Part shown: positions 9,599-18,109 of the stretch, one piece after another
Layout of the letters: each line of letters starts with the position of its first letter
Position numbering within the stretch: position 1 is the stretch's first letter
IMG/VR virus record: IMGVR_UViG_3300024999_000042
Strand: one strand, 5' to 3'
Origin: a virus
DNA length: 64,000 nucleotides
Program-made: the position numbers and the translations under genes
Notes under the pieces: generated by a model
Databases searched by the model: none
What the model saw: the letters and a program-made list of their open reading frames with translations, nothing else
What the model was told of the DNA's origin: nothing

Positions 9599-10819
9599 TT
9601 AAACAACCTCCGTTTCTGTATAAAATTTATTTCCAGTTTTTAAATAATAAAACTCCTGAAAATCTTCAGGAGTAAAATTAGCACTACCATAAATACTATG
9701 AAACTCTTCATGTAATTCTTTTGTTAAACAAACACCTAAACCATATTTTGATTGTAATTCCAGAAACGTTGCTGTAATTAATTCCAAAGTATTTTCATCA
9801 TAATCATTCAAATCATCGTAAAAGGTAATATAATTTAATAATTCTATAGTTTCTTCGACAATTTTATGGAATGGATATAAATGGTGTATATTATCAAATT
9901 TTTTACCAGTTATTACACATTCATAATTACAAACTGTCATAGATTCATTTTTCCATTCTATCATTTTACATGTTCTTATATATCGTTTTAATGATTGATT
10001 GCCTTTCCAATTAGGATGATTCTTACCAGTCCAAGAACGAAGAATATCATCATGTATACACCCACAACTTTTTGTATTACCACTAATTAAAGCAGAAGTT
10101 GGTAAGGTTAATTTATTACCACAAATACATTGACAATCCCATGATACACAATCACGAATCCTTTCTTTAGAAAACCCCAAAACTGTCAATCTTCCATATT
10201 GATTACCTGTAATATCATTATAATTATTGTGGAGATATTCACTTCTATAGCAACCACAAGAGATAGTATTTCCAGATGTTAATGCTTGAGAAGTAACATA
10301 TGTAGGCGGTGTACCACAATCACAAACACACTCCCATAGTGGTTTCGTATATGCCGTACCAATTCTTTTAATAACCGTTAATCTACCAAACCTTTGATTA
10401 GTTAAATCTTCAATTAAAGGTGAAGGTATTCCTCTTTTAGCTAATCCTGCATTAGTCATAGGGCATTCTCTACAAGTAATATCTGGTTTACTCAATAAAA
10501 CATTAGAACTAGTTTCATAATCATTTCCACAATCACATCTAACTTTCCAGAAAGAAGATTTTTGCTTCTTTTCTTTTTCTTTATCTTTTGATCGTTCTAA
10601 GACAATAAGAGTTCCATATTTATCACCAATTTTTATATCATGTTTATCATGACACGATGATAAAGTTTTTCCATTTAAAAAATTTCCAATATACTTATTT
10701 TTCTCTTTGCCACAAGTACAAACACAAACCCATAATGATTTCCCTATATACTCTTTTACCGTCCATGCACCAAAAACTTGACCAGTATAATCAATATTAG
10801 GAATACCTTTCTTAGACAT
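9599..10819 (-). CDS. HNH-type homing endonuclease-like protein with four zinc-ribbon repeats
   Basis: G-x2-F/YG-x-L/WTV...W-x-C-x-C-x-CG repeats; C-terminal IHHLY...GVCLT...H..FH..YG; likely start MSKKG. Confidence 0.8.
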   Translation of the reverse strand: MSKKGIPNIDYTGQVFGAWTVKEYIGKSLWVCVCTCGKEKNKYIGNFLNGKTLSSCHDKHDIKIGDKYGTLIVLERSKDKEKEKKQKSSFWKVRCDCGNDYETSSNVLLSKPDITCRECPMTNAGLAKRGIPSPLIEDLTNQRFGRLTVIKRIGTAYTKPLWECVCDCGTPPTYVTSQALTSGNTISCGCYRSEYLHNNYNDITGNQYGRLTVLGFSKERIRDCVSWDCQCICGNKLTLPTSALISGNTKSCGCIHDDILRSWTGKNHPNWKGNQSLKRYIRTCKMIEWKNESMTVCNYECVITGKKFDNIHHLYPFHKIVEETIELLNYITFYDDLNDYDENTLELITATFLELQSKYGLGVCLTKELHEEFHSIYGSANFTPEDFQEFYYLKTGNKFYTETEVV

Positions 10820-10870
10820 ATAATCAATCACACTCCTTAAATTACACTCAACCAACTAAAAATATAAAAA

Positions 10871-10935
10871 GACAAGCAGAAAATTCTCTATGAGTGTTCA
10901 ATAGAGAAGTCAGGTGTACATCCTGTCTACTTGTC
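10871..10935 (-). ncRNA. Putative structured leader RNA, copy A
   Basis: Three-helix fold; ACACTC loop complementary to two downstream GAGTGT repeats, one in the SD. Confidence 0.65.
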
Positions 10936-10966
10936 AAAATCATTAATATTAAATTACTACCACTTG

Positions 10967-12073
10967 TTACTGATATACCTTAAATCCACTTATCGACATC
11001 TGTGCATCAAATTTTAAATCTATTCCAATGCTATTTACACAATAAATGCCCTCCAATCCATCTTCGGTCGAATTGAAATTTATATTATTTTCAACATCTA
11101 AGAAATATATTGGCACAGTTGAAACACTAACTTGTTCATTAAAATTACCATGTTTAAATAATTGATATTGCCCATTAATCAAACATTGCTCATTGGTAAA
11201 ATAATTATCATCCTTGATAACTAATGCCTTCTTACCAATCTTAGCAATTGAAAATGGAGAATTTATATCATTATTTTCCACAATAGCAGATGCAATTGTT
11301 CCATCATTATTAGTTCTTCCTATTACTTTTATATAATTCTTTACGTTCGAGTAATCTGTAGAAACTTGACTGTTAATTCTAAAATCTGCTTTATCCAAAA
11401 AATTCCAGACGATATTATCATTTAAAGTATTAGGTGTTTTTCTAAAAACGAATCTTCCATTAATATCATAAAAACAAGACCATGAAAGATATAACTCTTT
11501 AACTTTCTGCACAACATCTAAAACAGTTTGATCTGGAGAAAATTCCAAATCATATGGAAGGTAATAAGGGGATGTATCTATAGACATACTTTGTTCTCCA
11601 CCCAACGTACCAACAACTAATTTCATTACATCTGAAATAGGAGTGTTAGAATTAAGAACCGTTATCATTTCTAATGGTATATTTTCAAGTAAATACATTT
11701 TGTCTACTAAGTCTAGAGATATTGTTTTTCCATCAGAAGAAGAATCTATAGATACATTTTTAATCATAAAAACACCCATACAATAAGGATGTTTAACACT
11801 TAAATAATCTTCAATTTCGATCCATAATTTCAATTTATTATTTATAGCCAATTTTGATTGCTGAGAGGGAAGCAGTGTTGTCGACAATAAGAATTTGATG
11901 TTCCCTGTACGTCTTATTAAACTATCACCAGAAACGTTTATATTCCCTGATAAACTTACACCCGTAAGAACATCAATTTTAGCATCTGAAGAATTAAGTA
12001 ATTCTACCTTTACATTTAAAATTCTAGTAGATTGCAAATGAGCATTATATTCTGCTTGTGTTATATTTGCCAT
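10967..12073 (-). CDS. Tail hub/baseplate protein (DUF5048-like)
   Basis: IRRTGNI, GVFMI, DKMYLL and FYDINGRFVF motifs of phage tail hub proteins; synteny. Confidence 0.7.
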   Translation of the reverse strand: MANITQAEYNAHLQSTRILNVKVELLNSSDAKIDVLTGVSLSGNINVSGDSLIRRTGNIKFLLSTTLLPSQQSKLAINNKLKLWIEIEDYLSVKHPYCMGVFMIKNVSIDSSSDGKTISLDLVDKMYLLENIPLEMITVLNSNTPISDVMKLVVGTLGGEQSMSIDTSPYYLPYDLEFSPDQTVLDVVQKVKELYLSWSCFYDINGRFVFRKTPNTLNDNIVWNFLDKADFRINSQVSTDYSNVKNYIKVIGRTNNDGTIASAIVENNDINSPFSIAKIGKKALVIKDDNYFTNEQCLINGQYQLFKHGNFNEQVSVSTVPIYFLDVENNINFNSTEDGLEGIYCVNSIGIDLKFDAQMSISGFKVYQ

Positions 12074-12114
12074 TTAATTGTTTATCACCCAATTTCTTTT
12101 AAAAAATTATCAAA

Positions 12115-13017
12115 TTAAATTGTTGTTAGTCCTTCTAATAAACCTGCATTTATAAGTATATCGGTATCCTCGTAATTTCCAATTTCAGCAAGAGCAAATG
12201 AAACCTTTGAAATACCGTTTATTCCATTTTGATGTTCTTCAGTAGGATTGCCGAGTAATGATACTAAAAATATATTACCGTTTCCATCTCTATAAATTTT
12301 AGGTTTTTTATTCTTCAAGAAATTAAAAAGTTTGTTCCTTGTTAATTTCTCTTGTTTAATATCAATTTTTCCTCCAGAATTATAAGTTGTATCCGAAACA
12401 GAAGTGCTTTTTATATCAAATTTGACATAATCAGAATTTCCAAAAACTATAGTTGGGTATTGAGCGTTTAAAGGCATTAGTTCTGTGCTCTGAGTAATAT
12501 GTTCGTGACTTCCATACTCAACATCAAAAATCAATGAATAGTTATTATCCTTATCTGAGAGAAATACCCCATCGAACAAAACTGTCACAGTAGGACTAAT
12601 CACACGATTACCTTGAACTTCGTTAACCATAGGTAAAAGTGAGTATTCATAATCAAAATCACAAGCAACATATTTATCTATTGCTTCATAAAATGTACTT
12701 GTTCCATCATATGTTATTTGAGAAACATCCGACCAATATAATTCATCTGCTTTTCTTTTTTGAAATAAAATATGATCTATGACAAGACCATTGCTCGTAA
12801 TTGACCCACCCTCAAGAGAATCATCACTAAAAGGAGCATCTAACACAGTTTTATAACCCCATACAGTAGGTTTTGCTATAGAATCAGTAATTTCAGTATC
12901 TTCATCAATATATATTTCATCTACAACAGAATTGCTTAATTCCGTTTTATAAAATGATGGTAAAGCGACAGTAGTTTGAAAGCAATCGCCTTGAAAAAAA
13001 TTAAGTCCAATTAACAT
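12115..13017 (-). CDS. Distal tail/structural protein
   Basis: Synteny; FLKNKKPKIYRDGNG motif seen in SPbeta-like tail proteins. Confidence 0.55.
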   Translation of the reverse strand: MLIGLNFFQGDCFQTTVALPSFYKTELSNSVVDEIYIDEDTEITDSIAKPTVWGYKTVLDAPFSDDSLEGGSITSNGLVIDHILFQKRKADELYWSDVSQITYDGTSTFYEAIDKYVACDFDYEYSLLPMVNEVQGNRVISPTVTVLFDGVFLSDKDNNYSLIFDVEYGSHEHITQSTELMPLNAQYPTIVFGNSDYVKFDIKSTSVSDTTYNSGGKIDIKQEKLTRNKLFNFLKNKKPKIYRDGNGNIFLVSLLGNPTEEHQNGINGISKVSFALAEIGNYEDTDILINAGLLEGLTTI

Positions 13018-13038
13018 TTATTATTTTCACCTCAATTC

Positions 13039-14085
13039 CTAAATAACCAATTGTTGTGTAATTTCTAAAGCATTACTCAAAGATTGTAAATAAATCATAA
13101 ATTCAATGTTAGTTCCAACCACTAAAACATTACTAATAAAATGAGGAATTATTGTAGTTAATCCATTCAAATATTTAAAACCATGAATCTGATTATTATA
13201 CTTAATTAATTCAATTTTCCCATATTCAGAAACTAATTTTAAAAATACTGTGTCATCAGGAATATTTTTACACCATAATTTCAATATAAAATCTGAGCCT
13301 AATTGAAATCCATCTTGAAAACTAATTTGCCCACTAGTTAAATTAATCCAATCATTATTAATAAATGTAACTGTTCCAGAATCAATTTGACCGATTTCTT
13401 GGATAAGTTGTACTGATAATTTTATTGCACCTTGAGATGGAAGATTTTCAACATTAAGTGTTGTGATTAATCTAGGTGTGATAAAAAAAGGAGTAAACGC
13501 AATTAAACCAGAAGTTGAAAGTTGCGAATGTATTGAAATTCCTTTTACTTCTAAATAATATAATTCTTCATTTTCTAATCCAGTTATTTCTTGTGAAATT
13601 GGTGGAATTGTACCATTAGAAAATTGCTCAGAATATGTTTGAAGTAAATTTTGATTAGAATTATATAATAGGAATTTATATGACTGTAATAACTCATTTT
13701 CTAATTGACTATACGTTGCTGTAAAATTTATTGTTGAATTATAAACTTTATTATTGATATCTATTGTTGGAATAAGAATAGTAGGGGATGATAATACATA
13801 AAAATAAATCCAATCAGAGAAGTTTGACCAATTGTTAGCAACGTCACCAACACGAATTTTTGCTTTATATTCTACACCGTTAATAAGAGAGTTAATAGGC
13901 AATGGATGATTAAGAGCAAAAGATTGGATAGTTTGATCATACGAAACTGAATTATCAATATTTTTTTGTATGACTAAGTTATTTTGAGTTGCTTGATTGC
14001 TACCCGAATAAGAAAATATAAAATTTTGTGCTTGAGTTGATGGAAAGGGCAAAATAATACTAAGTAATGGAGTTGTGAGAGACAA
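13039..14085 (-). CDS. Tail protein with FN3/Ig-like folds
   Basis: LINGVEYKAKIRV...WSNFSDW and GLENEELYYLEV motifs; synteny. Confidence 0.55.
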   Translation of the reverse strand: MSLTTPLLSIILPFPSTQAQNFIFSYSGSNQATQNNLVIQKNIDNSVSYDQTIQSFALNHPLPINSLINGVEYKAKIRVGDVANNWSNFSDWIYFYVLSSPTILIPTIDINNKVYNSTINFTATYSQLENELLQSYKFLLYNSNQNLLQTYSEQFSNGTIPPISQEITGLENEELYYLEVKGISIHSQLSTSGLIAFTPFFITPRLITTLNVENLPSQGAIKLSVQLIQEIGQIDSGTVTFINNDWINLTSGQISFQDGFQLGSDFILKLWCKNIPDDTVFLKLVSEYGKIELIKYNNQIHGFKYLNGLTTIIPHFISNVLVVGTNIEFMIYLQSLSNALEITQQLVI

Positions 14086-14137
14086 TTATTTTCACCACCT
14101 TTATTTTTAATATTTAAATTATTATATTTACTTGTAT

Positions 14138-14401
14138 CTATGGTCTTTTACAGTCAATAAATTTCTCAGAAAAATTTCCATTCACTATACAAATATAAAC
14201 TATATCTCCAACAATTAAGGTTAATCCTTCTCTTGTTTTTATATTTGTTAATGTATCACCGTTGTATGTTAAATTATATGTACCATCTACATTAACCACA
14301 GTAATTTTTCCTGTTATATAATAATTATATTTGAAGTTTCTTAATCTTTCAGCAATTAATATATCAATTGATTCCATTAAAATTTCTTTTTGATTTGACA
14401 T
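14138..14401 (-). CDS. Small tail-tip protein (OB-fold-like)
   Basis: GKITVVNVDGTY...LIVGDIVYI; position in the distal tail cluster. Confidence 0.5.
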   Translation of the reverse strand: MSNQKEILMESIDILIAERLRNFKYNYYITGKITVVNVDGTYNLTYNGDTLTNIKTREGLTLIVGDIVYICIVNGNFSEKFIDCKRP

Positions 14402-14445
14402 TATTTTTTATCATTCCTTTTTGTGAAGATTTATTTTGTTTTGTT

Positions 14446-15441
14446 TTATTGATTAAAATGCTTTTTATAAGTTTGATTAATCTGGTCTCCTGTTACATCA
14501 ATATATCCCATAGTAGTAGAAACTGAACTGTGTCCCATAATTTCTTTTATAACACTTAAATTAGCACCGCTAGAAGTCATATTACTACATAATGAATGAC
14601 GAAAAACATGTGGATGTAATGGTTTAGTTATTCCTGAACGCAAAGCAATAATTCTAATTTCTCTTTGTATTCCTTTCATTGATAATTTTCTATATGGTTT
14701 CCTAACTGTTATAAATAAAGCAGAATCATTATCTGTTCTAGATGCTAAGTATTTATTCAAATAAAACTTTGCTTTAAATCCAAAATGAACGATTCTTTCT
14801 TTATTTCCTTTGCCTATTATATGTATTGTCATATTCGCCCAATTAATATCTGTAAATCTATTAATATTGTATATTTCTTGAAGTCTACACCCTGTAGCAT
14901 ACATGATATTTACCATAGTCTTTTCTCTAAGAGTTACACAAGATTCTCTTATTAGTTCTAATTCCTCAATATTTAGTGATTTAGGTAAACGTTTTTCTTT
15001 TTTAGGTGTTTTAATTATACAAGCATTGTCTTTTATAATAATATCTTCATTTCTTAACCAACTGAAGAAGGTTTTTAATATGGAGATTTTTTTAGATAGA
15101 GAACTAATTTTAAGTTTATCCCACTTGCTTAGATATACTCTAATATCATTTGTTGTAATGTCATCTGCTTTTTTCTTTACATGTTTTGCAAAAATAGATA
15201 ATTCTAACTTATAACTTTTTAGAGTAGAATCGCTTAGTCTCTCTAATTTTTTACCTGCTAAAAATAATTCTGCCTTTTCTAATAAGTCTGTATAGTCGTC
15301 CGTGTAAGTTGTCATTGAAATGTTATATTTTGATATTACAGAGAATAAACTATGTATTTCTGCTTCTGTGTTTAATTGCGGAAAATTGTTTATTATTTCT
15401 TGTTGGAGTAAGTCATTATAAATTGACATAGTATGTACCAA
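14446..15441 (-). CDS. Tyrosine recombinase (XerD-like)
   Basis: YATGCR, GKGNKER, HPHVFRH, MGH and GY: full catalytic set plus N-terminal SAM-like domain. Confidence 0.92.
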   Translation of the reverse strand: MVHTMSIYNDLLQQEIINNFPQLNTEAEIHSLFSVISKYNISMTTYTDDYTDLLEKAELFLAGKKLERLSDSTLKSYKLELSIFAKHVKKKADDITTNDIRVYLSKWDKLKISSLSKKISILKTFFSWLRNEDIIIKDNACIIKTPKKEKRLPKSLNIEELELIRESCVTLREKTMVNIMYATGCRLQEIYNINRFTDINWANMTIHIIGKGNKERIVHFGFKAKFYLNKYLASRTDNDSALFITVRKPYRKLSMKGIQREIRIIALRSGITKPLHPHVFRHSLCSNMTSSGANLSVIKEIMGHSSVSTTMGYIDVTGDQINQTYKKHFNQ

Positions 15442-15526
15442 TTCCTTTCTTTTTATTCATTTGTTCTCTAAAGAAATAATATCATACTATGCCAATTTAT
15501 ACAAGGAAAATAATTATTTATTAGTT

Positions 15527-16300
15527 TTAGTTAGTTAGTGATGCTGTTGAGATTAAATGTTTTAACTCTTCGGGACAATTATCCAAATAATAAAAGTAAT
15601 ATCCATGTGTTTTATTTAAAGTTCCAGCTAAACATCTACTAATATTTCCCCTATGTGCTTTTGTATCTCTGCTACAATAAGTCTGATTATACCAAGTGCC
15701 TATGTATTTATTATTTTCATTAAACACTACAAATTCTCTTGTGTTTCTAACTCTTTTTAATCTATTATCTAGATTTTCTTTTGTAAAATCATCTTTATAA
15801 ATAAGAATAAAATCACCAACTGATGGTCTCCTATTTGTTAATGATTGATTAGCATCCGATGTAGTTATATTATTCTCTATACAAAATAAAAACCTATTAT
15901 CAGATTCTTCAATAAAGTTACCAAGTTTATCAAATACTAAGAGACTTCTATCATCATGCTGTGTGCGTAAATACTCAATATGCTCTTCTTTTGATGGTTT
16001 ATGAATTTTTTGACCACCAACAGTCATATTATACCCATTATTGCCATATGTTCCAAAGTGGTCAATCCAATATGTTTCTTTATAATCAAGTTCCTCTGGA
16101 GAATCGGCATAGTCAAGTTCTTCCCATATGAAATTTTCCGCACCGTATTTTTTCATTGCTCTTTGAAAAATATATTTTTGTTGACTAATAGAATTAATAT
16201 GCTCTCTTTTTCTTTTTTCTAATGTACAAGTAGTTTGTCCTATATATCGCTTATTATTTGTTAAATTTTTTGCAGAATATATTATACCGTAATAATCCAA
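15527..16300 (-). CDS. GIY-YIG homing endonuclease with NUMOD1-like C-terminus
   Basis: GIIY...RYIGQT...RKREH, ETYWI, GYNMTVGG, GNISRCL. Confidence 0.88.
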   Translation of the reverse strand: MDYYGIIYSAKNLTNNKRYIGQTTCTLEKRKREHINSISQQKYIFQRAMKKYGAENFIWEELDYADSPEELDYKETYWIDHFGTYGNNGYNMTVGGQKIHKPSKEEHIEYLRTQHDDRSLLVFDKLGNFIEESDNRFLFCIENNITTSDANQSLTNRRPSVGDFILIYKDDFTKENLDNRLKRVRNTREFVVFNENNKYIGTWYNQTYCSRDTKAHRGNISRCLAGTLNKTHGYYFYYLDNCPEELKHLISTASLTN

Positions 16301-16469
16301 TAAATCTCCTCGCTTCTCTTTTACATTAGAAAAAGAGAGTACAAAAATTATACTCTCTTTGATAAAATATTATTTTTACTTAATGAACAGTTGATTGTCT
16401 ACTGCAAACTAGTTACATCAGTAAAATATGTAGTAAAGGGCAAAGAAAAAGCTTTGCCCTTTATTTAAT

Positions 16470-16610
16470 TTAAGGTGTTACGATTGGATTTCCGCTGTCA
16501 TCAAGCCCAAGTGCCAACAGATCAGCGTGTACTTCTGTTTGGTATTTTACTGGAACCTGCGCAAAGGTTCTACGTCCAGCCATAATCAAGGCGACGTACA
16601 TATCTACCAT
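16470..16610 (-). CDS. CD1375-like small protein
   Basis: MVDMYVALIMAGRRTFAQVP...LLALGLD; GGAGGTG SD. Confidence 0.7.
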   Translation of the reverse strand: MVDMYVALIMAGRRTFAQVPVKYQTEVHADLLALGLDDSGNPIVTP

Positions 16611-16658
16611 AACATTACCACCTCCTCTCAATAGCAGTAGGATAATACTAAACATTGC

Positions 16659-17054
16659 CTATACCGTCCCTTTCTCTAACATACCTTCGTAGATTGTTGC
16701 GAGGACTTCCATGATAGTGAGGTTATCAGCTTTAAGTTTGGAGTTATCGTCTTTAAGCTGGGCTAGTTGCTCTTCAATAGTTAGGGATTCGCTTACGTTT
16801 TCAGGTATTTTAGGGATAGTTATTTTTCCGTCTGTAGGACTGTACTCCACTCCGTCAACCGTGATCGGGTCAGTATTAGCTGAATCCGCCTCCCATGCTT
16901 CAGAAGTTGGGTTAAACTTCACCCATCGGTAGATTAATTGGGTTTCATTCTCTTCAACTTTTAGTGCTATTACAGGACTTACACTTTCTTTAATAATAGT
17001 AGTGCCCACAACCCTGATACTAAAAACTATTCCATTTTCAATCATTAGCGTCAT
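16659..17054 (-). CDS. Tail-fibre-associated protein
   Basis: C-terminal coiled coil ending in LATIYE, typical of genes preceding CD1375/XkdX-like genes. Confidence 0.55.
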   Translation of the reverse strand: MTLMIENGIVFSIRVVGTTIIKESVSPVIALKVEENETQLIYRWVKFNPTSEAWEADSANTDPITVDGVEYSPTDGKITIPKIPENVSESLTIEEQLAQLKDDNSKLKADNLTIMEVLATIYEGMLEKGTV

Positions 17055-17740
17055 GTTTCTGTCCCTCCAGCATATTCAAAATCTAATGGATAACTGGTTG
17101 AGCTACATTTTACTTCGATTAAACAACTTTGGCTAAAGAACAGTGGCATTGTAGTAGCCATTATATTCCCCTTATCAGATATTATAGATTGGGGGAAATT
17201 TGCGTTATGCGGAATGCCGTGTATAGTAATGTCGTAAACACCTTTATCAAGTAAGCACATATACCCATTATATCTACCGCCTGATTCAGATTTCCCTTGT
17301 ATTTCCTCATATAACGCGATTCCATCAAGGGTTATCTTAAAATATCCCGTCACTGTTGCATCCGACCATCTTCCCAAATATCTACTTAAAAAACCTTTAC
17401 CTGTAATACTTAAAATAGGTTGATAGGTATTTACTAGCGTAGGAGTAAAACGGTTCCTATTACCAATGCCCTGCCCTGCTAAATTTCTGTATGTTGAAAA
17501 ATAGTGGTACTTGCTCCAATCCGTACCCCCAGTGTTAACCCTTATATCCTTTAATTTTGCATGAACACTACCAGTTGCGCTTGAAGGATCAGCATTACTA
17601 CCTAAATTTGCAACAATATTATCATATATTTGTTTTAGTCTAGCAAATAATGTAGTAGTTCCGCCAGCATCAACATTTGTCCCTACTTTAGTGTTTATAG
17701 TTTCTACTTGCGCTTTCGTTGGAAGTAATATCTCTGGCAT
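17051..17740 (-). CDS. Short tail-fibre/receptor-binding-like protein
   Basis: GTTTLFARLKQI and TGSVHAKLKDI fibre-shaft repeats, beta-rich C-terminus. Confidence 0.55.
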   Translation of the reverse strand: MPEILLPTKAQVETINTKVGTNVDAGGTTTLFARLKQIYDNIVANLGSNADPSSATGSVHAKLKDIRVNTGGTDWSKYHYFSTYRNLAGQGIGNRNRFTPTLVNTYQPILSITGKGFLSRYLGRWSDATVTGYFKITLDGIALYEEIQGKSESGGRYNGYMCLLDKGVYDITIHGIPHNANFPQSIISDKGNIMATTMPLFFSQSCLIEVKCSSTSYPLDFEYAGGTET

Positions 17741-18007
17741 TTATACCACCGCCTCATAAATAAATGATAGTTCTCCGCTTACTGCTTTCCATCCGTACCT
17801 ATAAACTACTCCACCATCTGTAAACCGATGTGGCATAGTTTCCGCCTGATGTAGAGCAAGGGTATCAGAAACACCCTTCACTGTTTCAGTAGTTCGACCT
17901 TCTCCTGCTAAATTGTCTAGTCCACTTTGTAATGCTTTAGTATCTAATTCATTTATTAATCCTGAATTCAATTCATTATCTGAAATTCTTCCTTGACCTC
18001 TTGCCAT
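17741..18007 (-). CDS. Tail-fibre fragment-like small protein
   Basis: LAGEGRTTETVK and LHQAETMPH motifs resembling Firmicute phage fibre junctions. Confidence 0.5.
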   Translation of the reverse strand: MARGQGRISDNELNSGLINELDTKALQSGLDNLAGEGRTTETVKGVSDTLALHQAETMPHRFTDGGVVYRYGWKAVSGELSFIYEAVV

Positions 18008-18109
18008 AATTTACCTCCTTAAATTATTAACCACTGATTATTTATCATAAAAAAGTTAGAAGAAATTAATCCTCTAACTTTTTCACAAAACCATATAAAA
18101 CTGTAACTT

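Noticed and set aside
10871-10935. Leader elements as known riboswitches, tRNAs or group I intron pieces
   Set aside because: No recognisable ligand-binding consensus, T-loop/CCA or intron core, and flanking genes are not interrupted; a formal Rfam search is still needed
4719-18007. Diversity-generating retroelement or invertible shufflon acting on fibre genes
   Set aside because: No reverse transcriptase, no template/variable repeat pair and no inverted fibre cassettes seen in the window
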